DNA from: Oligoflexia bacterium
GTDB lineage: Bacteria; Bdellovibrionota; UBA1018
Reading direction: 5' to 3'
DNA: 15,932 nucleotides
Assembly: GCA_043732485.1 (NCBI GenBank)
Contig: JAYTHP010000060.1
Location: 1-15,932, forward strand
Below are positions 8,123 to 15,752 of the stretch, piece after piece. Position numbers and translations under genes: made by a program. Under the pieces are notes generated by a model, which saw only the letters and a program-made list of their open reading frames with translations, made no database searches and had not been told where the DNA came from. The number at the start of each line of letters is the position of its first letter. Position 1 is the stretch's first letter.

Positions 8123-10018
8123 TCATCGCCGGGTGGGAGGGAGGGAGGACGGGGGGTGGGTTGGCGGGAGGGCGTTGTGAGACGGCGCGGTGTTTGCGGC
8201 TGGGTGCTGGAGCGGGGCAGGACGAGGCGGATGCCCCGAGCGTCGCCGTTCATCGTCAAAAATTTCAATAGCGCCTAATTCGCCGCCAAACAGCAGCCTG
8301 GCTTCCTTCAAAACAGGGTGGGTTACCGCCGCCTCGTGCACCTGTTGACGCTGCTCGTGTTGCAGGCGTTCTTGCTTGGCAGCCAGCGACTCGGGAGCCC
8401 CGCTGAGATTTTTGAGTTCAATTTGGATGCGAACCGTGCGTTGCAGAGTTTCACGCAGTAAGCGTACCAGCAGCTCTTGATAGACGCGCGATTGCAATTG
8501 GTCACGAAAGTAAACATCCTCGGCCCGAAAGGTCAGCAAGAGTTGCAACTCTGAGCCGGGTTGTTGTAGGTGGCTTGTGGGGGTGAACTCGACCCCCACG
8601 GCATGCTCCAGCAGGGAGGCAATCAAGGGTCTTGAGGCGCGAATCTGGTTCACGATACTTTCCCAAGCGGGGAACGGTAAGGGAGCAGCAGCGTGAGCGG
8701 TCGTCGTCGTCGGCGCCGTTATTGGAGGTGTTTCGAACGATAAACTTGCAGGGACTTGCGACGGCCTACTCACTTCTGGGGACCACGAACGAGCGGGGGT
8801 GGGAGATGATGGCGGCGGTGGCGGCGTGGTGGAAAGACGCGCGTTGGCGGGGCCAGTGACGGCAGGAGGGGTGGAAGACGGAGTCGGGAGTGACTCTAAA
8901 TCCATTAAAGTCTCAGTGGTTGCGCACTTAATGAGGATCAAATCGAAGAGAATCTTAGGCTGCGGCGAGCGCGTGAGCGCGTCCAGTCCATGGTGCAGCA
9001 CCTGAAAGATCAGCTCCATTTCCTCTTGGGGACGTAAGGTGGCGAGGGTCACTAATTCTGACCAAATCGCTTCTGAAAACTCTGAGATCAACTGCGGATG
9101 CACCGCTTGAACTTGAATGAGAAACAGGGCATGCAAGAACTCTAGCAAACCGCGGGTTAAGACCTTCAGGTCTAGTCCTTTTTGAAAGGCTTGTTCGGAT
9201 TCTGCTAGTGCCTGGGCGGGATTGCGCGTGAGGATGCTTTTGAGGACCTGCAGCAGGATTTCTTGGGGGATTAAGCCAATACAGTCATAGACGTGCTGAA
9301 GTTGCAGCGCTTGACCGCCATAGGCAATCAGTTGATCCAACAAGGAAAGGGCATCGCGCATGCTGCCTTCGGCAGCCTTGATCACCAAATCGAGCGCCGC
9401 AGGCTCGATGCTCACCGCTTCGGCCGCGAGGATTTCGTGCATCCGCGCTTTCATTTGTTGGGTGGTCACGCGGCGGTAATCAAAGCGCTGGCAGCGCGAG
9501 AGAATGGTGGCTGGAATTTTTTGCGGCTCGGTGGTGGCAAAAATGAACACCACGTGCGGCGGTGGCTCCTCCAGGGTTTTTAAAAGCGCGTTAAAAGCGG
9601 CGGTGGTCAGCATGTGCACTTCGTCGAGGATGTAAATCTTCCGCTCTCCCGAAGCCGGCAGGTACTGGGTTTGATCGCGAATCTCGCGAATGGCATCCAC
9701 CCCGTTATGGGAGGCGGCGTCCATTTCCGTGACATCCAGGCTTGAGCCTCGCAGCAGGTCCAGGCAAGATGGACAGCAGTCGCAAGTGACCTGGAGGCCG
9801 CTGACGAGGGTGGGCTGGGTGCAGCGGAGATTTTTCGCAAAAATGCGGGCAATTGAGGTTTTTCCGATGCCACGCGATCCGGCAAACAGATACGCTTGAT
9901 GGATGCGACCCAGCGAGAGGGCCTGCGTCAGGGTTCGTACAATGTGGTTTTGGCCAACAATGTGGGAAAATTGTGTCGGTCGCCATTTTCGAGCAAGAAC
10001 AAGGTAGGGTTGCAACAC
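8123..10018 (-). CDS. dnaX: DNA polymerase III subunit gamma/tau
   Basis: Contains YLVLARKWRP, Walker A GSRGIGKTS, a Cys-rich zinc module, EMDAASHNGVD, Walker B ILDEVHML, AFNALLKTLEEPP, TILSRCQRF and GSMRDALSLLDQ. A Pro/Thr-rich linker precedes a C-terminal domain ending near ARLLFGG. Confidence 0.97.
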   Translation of the reverse strand: MLQPYLVLARKWRPTQFSHIVGQNHIVRTLTQALSLGRIHQAYLFAGSRGIGKTSIARIFAKNLRCTQPTLVSGLQVTCDCCPSCLDLLRGSSLDVTEMDAASHNGVDAIREIRDQTQYLPASGERKIYILDEVHMLTTAAFNALLKTLEEPPPHVVFIFATTEPQKIPATILSRCQRFDYRRVTTQQMKARMHEILAAEAVSIEPAALDLVIKAAEGSMRDALSLLDQLIAYGGQALQLQHVYDCIGLIPQEILLQVLKSILTRNPAQALAESEQAFQKGLDLKVLTRGLLEFLHALFLIQVQAVHPQLISEFSEAIWSELVTLATLRPQEEMELIFQVLHHGLDALTRSPQPKILFDLILIKCATTETLMDLESLPTPSSTPPAVTGPANARLSTTPPPPPSSPTPARSWSPEVSRPSQVPASLSFETPPITAPTTTTAHAAAPLPFPAWESIVNQIRASRPLIASLLEHAVGVEFTPTSHLQQPGSELQLLLTFRAEDVYFRDQLQSRVYQELLVRLLRETLQRTVRIQIELKNLSGAPESLAAKQERLQHEQRQQVHEAAVTHPVLKEARLLFGGELGAIEIFDDERRRSGHPPRPAPLQHPAANTAPSHNALPPTHPPSSLPPTRR

Positions 10019-10346
10019 GCGGAGCGTCCTTTGGGAGGGGTAAGAAAATTTTTTTTCCGCAGTCCTGGCGGCTCTGTCGTCTGATGAAAAGTGCGGAGAG
10101 CTTGCAAGTGAAGTGGCGCCTCGGGGCGGCTCTCTGGGGCCCCCTGCGCCCTTTCCCCTGAACCCTTCACGGTGAGGGCAAGCGTTTCTTGTTTTGCAAG
10201 CGCCGGTTGCAATTTTTTATAGCCTTTAAAGCAGGCCTTGAACACTGTTTTTTTGGCAACAACGTCAGTCGGCGTGGACGGCTGGTTCTTGACGGCGTGA
10301 GGCTGGAAGTGCCAGACTCGGGGGGTGGGGAAAAACCGCGAGGTGG

Positions 10347-10402
10347 GGGGAGTAGCGGGGGGGCGCGCCGCCGCCGCCGCCCCTCTCCCCCCGCTACTCT
10401 CT
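10347..10402. repeat. GC-rich inverted repeat (13 bp perfect stem) with (GCC)5 in the loop, in the divergent dnaX/GT87 spacer
   Basis: GAGTAGCGGGGGG (10350-10362) is the exact reverse complement of CCCCCCGCTACTC (10387-10399). The stem extends 3 more pairs with G-U. (GCC)5 lies at 10367-10381. Confidence 0.85.
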
Positions 10403-10504
10403 GAAAAAAGTAAACCTCATCCAGACGTGAGACAGCGAATAAGCAGCCTCCTGCGCGGGAAAATAAGGTCCCCCGGGAGCACACACCAGCAAAAAAGGAG
10501 ACTC

Positions 10505-11803
10505 ATGAAGTCAAACACAGAACCCTCCAGGCCCCATCCCTGGATACAACTCATCGGGGATCATCTCGGGATGATCGGTTTGGCAGGCGTCCTTTTGTGG
10601 GGCAGCGTGCTGGCTTTAGCTAGGCGCGCTCAGGATTTTGAAGTTTTCTACCAGGCCTGGAGTTGGGTGCGCAGCGGGCATGCGGATAAAATTTATCAAG
10701 TCAGCCCAGACCGATTTTTGTATCACCCTATTTTTGCTTGGCTTTTTGCGCCACTGAGTCTGCTGCCGAGCTTCTGGGCGCTGCTGATTTGGTGTGTGCT
10801 TAAGGCGCTCTTGATCTTGCACCTGATTATGCTGTTATCGCATCCTTGGGAGCGTTTTGCTGGGCGTTTTTTAGACCGGCAGGCGGCGGCAAGCAATCGC
10901 AATCAAATGCGGCAAGTCACCTGTTGGGGGATGTTATTTTTTGCTAAGCCACTGCTGATTGATTTTGCTTATGGGCAGGTCAACTCCCTCTTGTTGTTTG
11001 TGTGTGTCTGGGGGCTTGCGGCCCATTTTGAGGCGAAAATGTCGCGGCTGATGACGACCGCCCAGTGGTTGGTCCTGACGCTGGGCGCGGTGATTAAGTT
11101 GTACCCGCTGCCGTTGCTCTTAGTGCCTTGGCTCGTGACCCGCGGAGTGGCGGCACAAAAGCTTTTTTGGGAGCGACTTGCGGTGATCTTGGGGGTGTTG
11201 CTAGCGTTTGGCTTACCGCTGCTGCTGCAAGGCTGGGGGGGCGGACTGGCGCTTTACCTTGACTGGAAGGATGCCTTGCTCGCGCGAGGCTTACCGCTGG
11301 AGTCGCATAATCAAAGTTTTATTGCCCTGCTGTATCACTATTTTAGTGGCAGCACCTTTGAGATCCGCTCCGAAGGACCCCGGCTCTTTTCCTTTGGTGC
11401 CGCTTTGCTGAGTGCAGGGCAGCTGGTGTGGATTGCCTTGCTGTGGAGTGTGGGAAGTTTGGGCTATCTCTTTTTTTGGATGAGGCAAGGGCCAAAAGAG
11501 GTCTTCAAGCCGACCAGTCGCTTGCACTGGGTGGCCGTGCTGGTCGGTTTGCTGATCGTGCCCTCGCACCTCGTGTGGAAGCCCTATTTTGTGATGAGTA
11601 TCCCCCTAGCCGTGGTCTTGAGTCACTGGATGTGGCAAAAGTCGTCGCTGGGTCTCACTCTTCTTGGAGTAGGGCTCTTTTTAGGGGTAAATTTAACGGG
11701 CTTTGACTTTCTCGGTCATTTACTTGCGGCGCACATTGAGGCCGCTTCTTTTTTACTCGTCTTGCATCTCAGTCTAGTGGTTTACGCGGTGCGGATGCGG
11801 TAG
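10505..11803 (+). CDS. Glycosyltransferase family 87 / DUF2029 polytopic membrane protein (GT-C fold)
   Basis: QDFEVFYQA after the first TM, FLYHPIFAWLFAPLSLLP, GQVNSLL and IKLYPL are typical GT87 motifs, with many hydrophobic segments. I moved the start to ATG 10505, preceded by AAGGAG (432 aa). Confidence 0.82.
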   Translation: MKSNTEPSRPHPWIQLIGDHLGMIGLAGVLLWGSVLALARRAQDFEVFYQAWSWVRSGHADKIYQVSPDRFLYHPIFAWLFAPLSLLPSFWALLIWCVLKALLILHLIMLLSHPWERFAGRFLDRQAAASNRNQMRQVTCWGMLFFAKPLLIDFAYGQVNSLLLFVCVWGLAAHFEAKMSRLMTTAQWLVLTLGAVIKLYPLPLLLVPWLVTRGVAAQKLFWERLAVILGVLLAFGLPLLLQGWGGGLALYLDWKDALLARGLPLESHNQSFIALLYHYFSGSTFEIRSEGPRLFSFGAALLSAGQLVWIALLWSVGSLGYLFFWMRQGPKEVFKPTSRLHWVAVLVGLLIVPSHLVWKPYFVMSIPLAVVLSHWMWQKSSLGLTLLGVGLFLGVNLTGFDFLGHLLAAHIEAASFLLVLHLSLVVYAVRMR

Positions 11804-12910
11804 TCTGTCACGCCAGCTCTTCCCTAACCGATTTTTCGGGGTGAGCTGAAATGTTTTTACCGCCGCCAGATGATCGGTGAAGGACACGGAGAACTGATGG
11901 GTGCCATCATTATGGGAAACGAAAAAGAGATAAGGACTCACCGCCGGCTTTAACGCGGCCAGGATGGACTGCTTGCCGGGATTGCCAATCGGGCCGATGG
12001 GTAATCCCGGGAGAGTGTAGGTGTTATAGGGGTTTTCCAGCAGTAAGTCCTGGTGATGGATCTTGCCGTGATAACCCTCCCACATGCCGTAGATGGTGGT
12101 GGGATCACTTTGCAGTTTCATTTTACGCAGCAGGCGGTTGTAAAACACCGAGCTGATCAACGGGCGCTCTTCAGGTACGCCGGTTTCTTTTTCAATCATC
12201 GAGGCTAAGGTGATAATTTCATGACGATTGAGGCGTAAGGGCGCGGTGATTTGTTCTTGCGCCAAGGGTTGCCACTGCTGCTTAAACTGCTTAACCATGG
12301 CTTTGATGATCTCAGCGGCACTTTGCGAGCGATTCAAGAAATAGGTGTTGGGAAAAAGGTAACCCTCCAGCGAGGGAGGCAAAGCGGCGGCGGACGACGA
12401 CGGTTGGAGGTGGGTGGGAAAAAGCTCCAGCGTGCCTAAGAAATGCGGGTCTTTGCACAGTTTGAGAAACTCGCTTTTCACCACGAGCCCTTTGGAGACT
12501 AAGTCGTCGGCAAGCTCAAAGAGATTTTCGCCCTCTCGCAGGGTGACGGGATGAGCTAGGCTGATGCCGGTGCCAAAGACTTGAAAAATCTCAAGCGGCG
12601 TTAGGGTGCCTTTTAGCTCGTACTCTCCGGCTTTGATGGTTTTCCAAAGTCGCGTGAGGCGCCCGGCCCACAAAAATTGCTCAGGATCCTGAGTGAGGTT
12701 GAGCTTGCCTAAGGCAACGCTGATGTCGTGCGGGGTTTGTCCTTTTAAAATGAGGATGACTTTGGCCTGAGGTTCCGAGGGATTGGCAGGCGAGTAGAGG
12801 AAAAAAACGGTTTTCAAGAGCGGGTAGAGCAGGGCAAGCAGGATCAAGACCAGCAGGGCCCTGAGCCAAGCGAAAAAACTGTGGGAGTGGGGGTCGTGTC
12901 TCGACAGCAT
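11774..12910 (-). CDS. mltG: Endolytic peptidoglycan transglycosylase MltG (YceG family)
   Basis: N-terminal TM, IKAGEYEL, VTLREG, LEGYLFPNTY, ITLASMIEKETG (catalytic Glu), KLQSDPT, NPYNTY, GLPIGPIGNPG and YLFFVS. ATG 12910 (after GAGAGA) is preferred over TTG 12934; the start is uncertain. Confidence 0.95.
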   Translation of the reverse strand: MLSRHDPHSHSFFAWLRALLVLILLALLYPLLKTVFFLYSPANPSEPQAKVILILKGQTPHDISVALGKLNLTQDPEQFLWAGRLTRLWKTIKAGEYELKGTLTPLEIFQVFGTGISLAHPVTLREGENLFELADDLVSKGLVVKSEFLKLCKDPHFLGTLELFPTHLQPSSSAAALPPSLEGYLFPNTYFLNRSQSAAEIIKAMVKQFKQQWQPLAQEQITAPLRLNRHEIITLASMIEKETGVPEERPLISSVFYNRLLRKMKLQSDPTTIYGMWEGYHGKIHHQDLLLENPYNTYTLPGLPIGPIGNPGKQSILAALKPAVSPYLFFVSHNDGTHQFSVSFTDHLAAVKTFQLTPKNRLGKSWRDRLPHPHRVNH

Positions 12911-13326
12911 CGGGCGATTCTCTCTTTCAGGCAAAAAAAAGGGGAGCAGCGGGAAGACGTGGCCGACAAAAAGCGATCAGGAGACTAAGGTACCAGCTCT
13001 AGCTTAAGCTTTTTTTTTGAGCCGTTGAAGTCAAATCGACGGGGCGCAGGCTTTCGGTGGTGGGGTGTCAAAAAAAGACGCTTTCGAGAGCGAGGCAGTT
13101 TTTTGCTGGTGGTGGCCAGCGCTTTTGCCGCTCCCTTGCGCAATGACCCCAACCGCCCCGTGACCCTGATCAGCCGCGATTGGCAGATCACGCCTGCGCA
13201 GTTTATCGGTTGTTGCATCGGTTGTTTCAAGAAGGTTCACCCCACGGTCGCTAGCGCCAGGCCCAGCTTGGAGCGAGCCCCCGCCAAAAGGAACGTTTTG
13301 GCTGCCTTGCTGGCTAGCTTTTCGTC

Positions 13327-13363
13327 CCGAGCTCGGTAATGACGGGATCGTTACCGAGCTCGG
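13327..13363. repeat. Inverted repeat (16 bp stem, 5 nt loop) whose arms each contain the palindrome CCGAGCTCGG
   Basis: CCGAGCTCGGTAA (13327-13339) and TTACCGAGCTCGG (13351-13363) are exact reverse complements. TGA/TCG add three pairs (one G-U). The loop is CGGGA. Confidence 0.9.
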
Positions 13364-13469
13364 AGAAGGGCATGCCGCGCAAGTGCTCCCAGTAAGATCG
13401 GAACAGCCGCTGGCGAGCAGGGGAGGCAGAGACGACGAAAAAAAGTGACCTAAAAAGGGCTTTTTTCTA

Positions 13470-13498
13470 TTTACCTTGGTAAAAGAGTCTGCTATCCT
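13470..13498 (+). promoter_or_regulatory. Candidate sigma70 promoter for rho
   Basis: TTTACC (13470-13475), a 17 bp spacer, then TATCCT (13493-13498) with an extended -10 TG and AT-rich DNA upstream. Motif match only. Confidence 0.5.
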
Positions 13499-13560
13499 CT
13501 TTCCACTAGGGCTCAAATTCTCTAGACCCCCTGCAAAACACCTTTGAAGAGTGAGAATCA

Positions 13561-13614
13561 TTCCAAAAAACGTCCTTTTCAATACCACTCAAAAAATCAA
13601 TCCTCTAATTTACC
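13561..13614 (+). promoter_or_regulatory. C-rich, G-poor rut-like tract in the putative rho leader
   Basis: Hand count: 16 C and 1 G in 54 nt, downstream of the candidate promoter and upstream of rho. Confidence 0.45.
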
Positions 13615-13986
13615 GGAAACCGTTTTTGTAAGGCTTGTGAAAGCTTTTCTGCAAACCTCGGATCTCTTCTAAAAAAGCCCTGAGTTTTGTATGGCTGAGG
13701 AAAAGCAGCGCTTTGGAGCGCAACGACGATGAGTTGTGCAAAAAGCGGTGAGTCTTGTGGTCGGTTGGTGCGGTCTTTTGAAGGAGCGGTAAGAGAGATT
13801 TTACGCCCTTGGTCGTAGGACTTAGGTCTGAGTGATTGAGCAAGTCAATGATGGGGCGCGCGTGTGACTGGACACCCAGGCAAAGGCGCGAGCAACGGGA
13901 AGGCCCCTCGTCTTCGTCTAAAATGAAAAAAACCCCGAAAAAAGTTGAGCCGCAAGGGCTTGAACACGAAAGAAATAGGATAGCGT

Positions 13987-15234
13987 ATGCATTTAAAAGA
14001 TTTAAAAGAAAAAAAAATTGGTGACCTGGTTGAGATGGGCAAGGAGCTTGGCATTGAAAATGCCGGCGGCATGCGCAAGCAGGATCTCATTTTCGCGGTC
14101 TTGCAGAAGAAAGCTGAGAAAGATGAGCACATTTACGCCGACGGCGTTTTGGAGTGTTTACCGGATGGCTTTGGTTTCTTGCGGGCGCCTGATTATAATT
14201 ACTTACCCGGCCCTGATGATGTTTATGTGTCGCCATCACAGATTCGACGCTTTGGGCTGCGAACGGGTGACACGGTCAGTGGTTCGGTGCGGGCTCCGAA
14301 AGAGGGGGAGCGGTATTTTGCGCTGTTAAAGGTTGAGCAAGTGAACTTCCAGACGCCAGAACTGAATTCTGAGAAGGTGCTTTTTGATAACTTAACGCCG
14401 CTATATCCCAATGAACGGATTAACTTGGAGTACCAGCCGACTCATTACAGTACCCGCATCATTGATATGATGGTGCCGCTGGGGAAAGGGCAACGCTGTT
14501 TGATTGTTGCCCCGCCGCGTGCAGGTAAGACGGTTTTGATGCAAGATATTGCCAACGCTATTACTACCAATCACCCAGAAATCAAGTTGATTGTGCTGCT
14601 GATTGATGAGCGGCCTGAAGAAGTCACCGACATGCAGCGCTCGGTGAAGGGCGAAGTGGTGAGTTCGACCTTTGATGAGCAGGCCTCTCGGCACGTCCAG
14701 GTCGCTGAAATGGTGATTGAAAAGGCTAAACGCCTGGTTGAAAACAAGTACGATGTGGTGATTCTCTTGGATTCCGTGACGCGCCTAGCCCGGGCTTACA
14801 ATTCCGTGGTGCCGCCGTCTGGTAAGATTCTCTCAGGGGGGGTGGATTCCAACGCCTTACATAAGCCGAAGCGCTTTTTTGGCGCGGCGCGCAACATTGA
14901 AGAAGGCGGCTCGCTGACCATTATTGCCACCTCCTTGATTGACACGGGTTCCCGCATGGATGAGGTGATTTTTGAAGAGTTTAAGGGAACGGGCAACTCG
15001 GAGATTCATTTAGATCGTAAGCTGATGGAAAAGCGTATTTTCCCTTGTTTGGATATCAACAAGTCGGCCACCCGCAAGGAAGAGCTGCTGTTGCCTAAAG
15101 AAATCCTCAATCGTTTGTGGATTCTCAGAAAAGTCTTACATCCCATGAACACGGTGGATGCGATGGATTTTCTTTTGAGCAAGGTAACTGCTACCAAAAC
15201 CAACGAAGAGTTTGTCAAAGGGATGAGCGGCTAG
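13987..15234 (+). CDS. rho: Transcription termination factor Rho (compact type, no N-terminal insertion)
   Basis: Contains [43 protein letters not shown], Walker [35 protein letters not shown] and [11 protein letters not shown]. An in-frame TAG at 13981 fixes the start. Confidence 0.99.
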   Translation: MHLKDLKEKKIGDLVEMGKELGIENAGGMRKQDLIFAVLQKKAEKDEHIYADGVLECLPDGFGFLRAPDYNYLPGPDDVYVSPSQIRRFGLRTGDTVSGSVRAPKEGERYFALLKVEQVNFQTPELNSEKVLFDNLTPLYPNERINLEYQPTHYSTRIIDMMVPLGKGQRCLIVAPPRAGKTVLMQDIANAITTNHPEIKLIVLLIDERPEEVTDMQRSVKGEVVSSTFDEQASRHVQVAEMVIEKAKRLVENKYDVVILLDSVTRLARAYNSVVPPSGKILSGGVDSNALHKPKRFFGAARNIEEGGSLTIIATSLIDTGSRMDEVIFEEFKGTGNSEIHLDRKLMEKRIFPCLDINKSATRKEELLLPKEILNRLWILRKVLHPMNTVDAMDFLLSKVTATKTNEEFVKGMSG

Positions 15235-15327
15235 TCCCGGTTGTCCTTGAGGTTGAAGTTTCGGCAAAAAAGACTGACGGAAAAAGTCTTTGATTTCAAT
15301 ATGGATCTATGCTAGGAAAAGAGCACT

Positions 15328-15528
15328 ATGAAACAAGGTATCCATCCCCAATATCAAGAAACCGCGATTGCTTGCGCCTGCGGCCATATTTTTGCAACCC
15401 GCGCCACGCAAACCAAAATCAAGGTTGAAGTCTGCTCCCAATGTCATCCGTTTTACACCGGCAAGCACAAGCTGATGGACACCGAAGGACGAGTGGAGCG
15501 GTTTTTGAATAAGTATAAGAAAAAGTAG
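15328..15528 (+). CDS. rpmE: 50S ribosomal protein L31, zinc-binding type A
   Basis: MKQGIHPQY, CACG, VEVCSQCHPFYTGK, DTEGRVERF; four Cys are retained. Confidence 0.98.
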   Translation: MKQGIHPQYQETAIACACGHIFATRATQTKIKVEVCSQCHPFYTGKHKLMDTEGRVERFLNKYKKK

Positions 15529-15752
15529 TCTTCGTTGAAGGTGACGCTTCCTCGCGCGGCTTGTCGCCCGCCTCGTGCCACTTGCCCCCACTGACTCACT
15601 GACCCAATGAAGCGAGGTGAGCGCGTAGGTTTCTACATACGCGAGTAACGAGTCCCGCAGCGTTGAAAATGGCGATGGATCGCAGGCAACGTCCGTGCAT
15701 GCGCCGTGCTCAAGTAATACTCTGATCTCACTGAGGGGAATGAAGCACTAGC

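Noticed and set aside
8026..8268. 80-aa ORF between dnaX and recR as a possible ybaB
   Set aside because: It is Pro/Arg-rich, overlaps both neighbours and lacks YbaB motifs.
8123..10018. Programmed frameshift or slippage site in dnaX producing a gamma subunit
   Set aside because: I saw no correctly placed in-frame A AAA AAG heptamer or A9 run after the collar domain.
10081..10120. CTGATGA suggesting a hammerhead ribozyme core
   Set aside because: There is no stem II followed by GAAA, and no matching stems I and III.
10325..10504. 60-aa N-terminal extension of the GT87 ORF
   Set aside because: It translates the GC hairpin into low-complexity sequence. ATG 10505 has a strong AAGGAG site.
12927..12950. 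TCAGG...AGCAGC resembling the SRP RNA domain IV motif
   Set aside because: The intervening CAAAAAAAAGGGG cannot form the required GNRA-capped stem.
12985..13843. ORFs of 77-185 aa in the mltG-rho spacer
   Set aside because: They show no recognisable motifs, weak starts and mutual overlaps, and they cross promoter-like and hairpin sequence. A small protein cannot be strictly excluded.
15566..15580. Minus-strand TGGCACG-N4-GGGC, sigma54-like
   Set aside because: The -12 element is poor (GGGC vs TTGC) and it points antisense into rpmE.
720..15591. Many short ORFs nested in or antisense to the called genes
   Set aside because: They are shadow frames of well-supported housekeeping genes with no protein motifs.
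15625..15640. GTTTCTAC, the purine riboswitch junction motif
   Set aside because: The flanking P1-P3 helices and loop motifs are absent, and the downstream gene is unrelated to purines.
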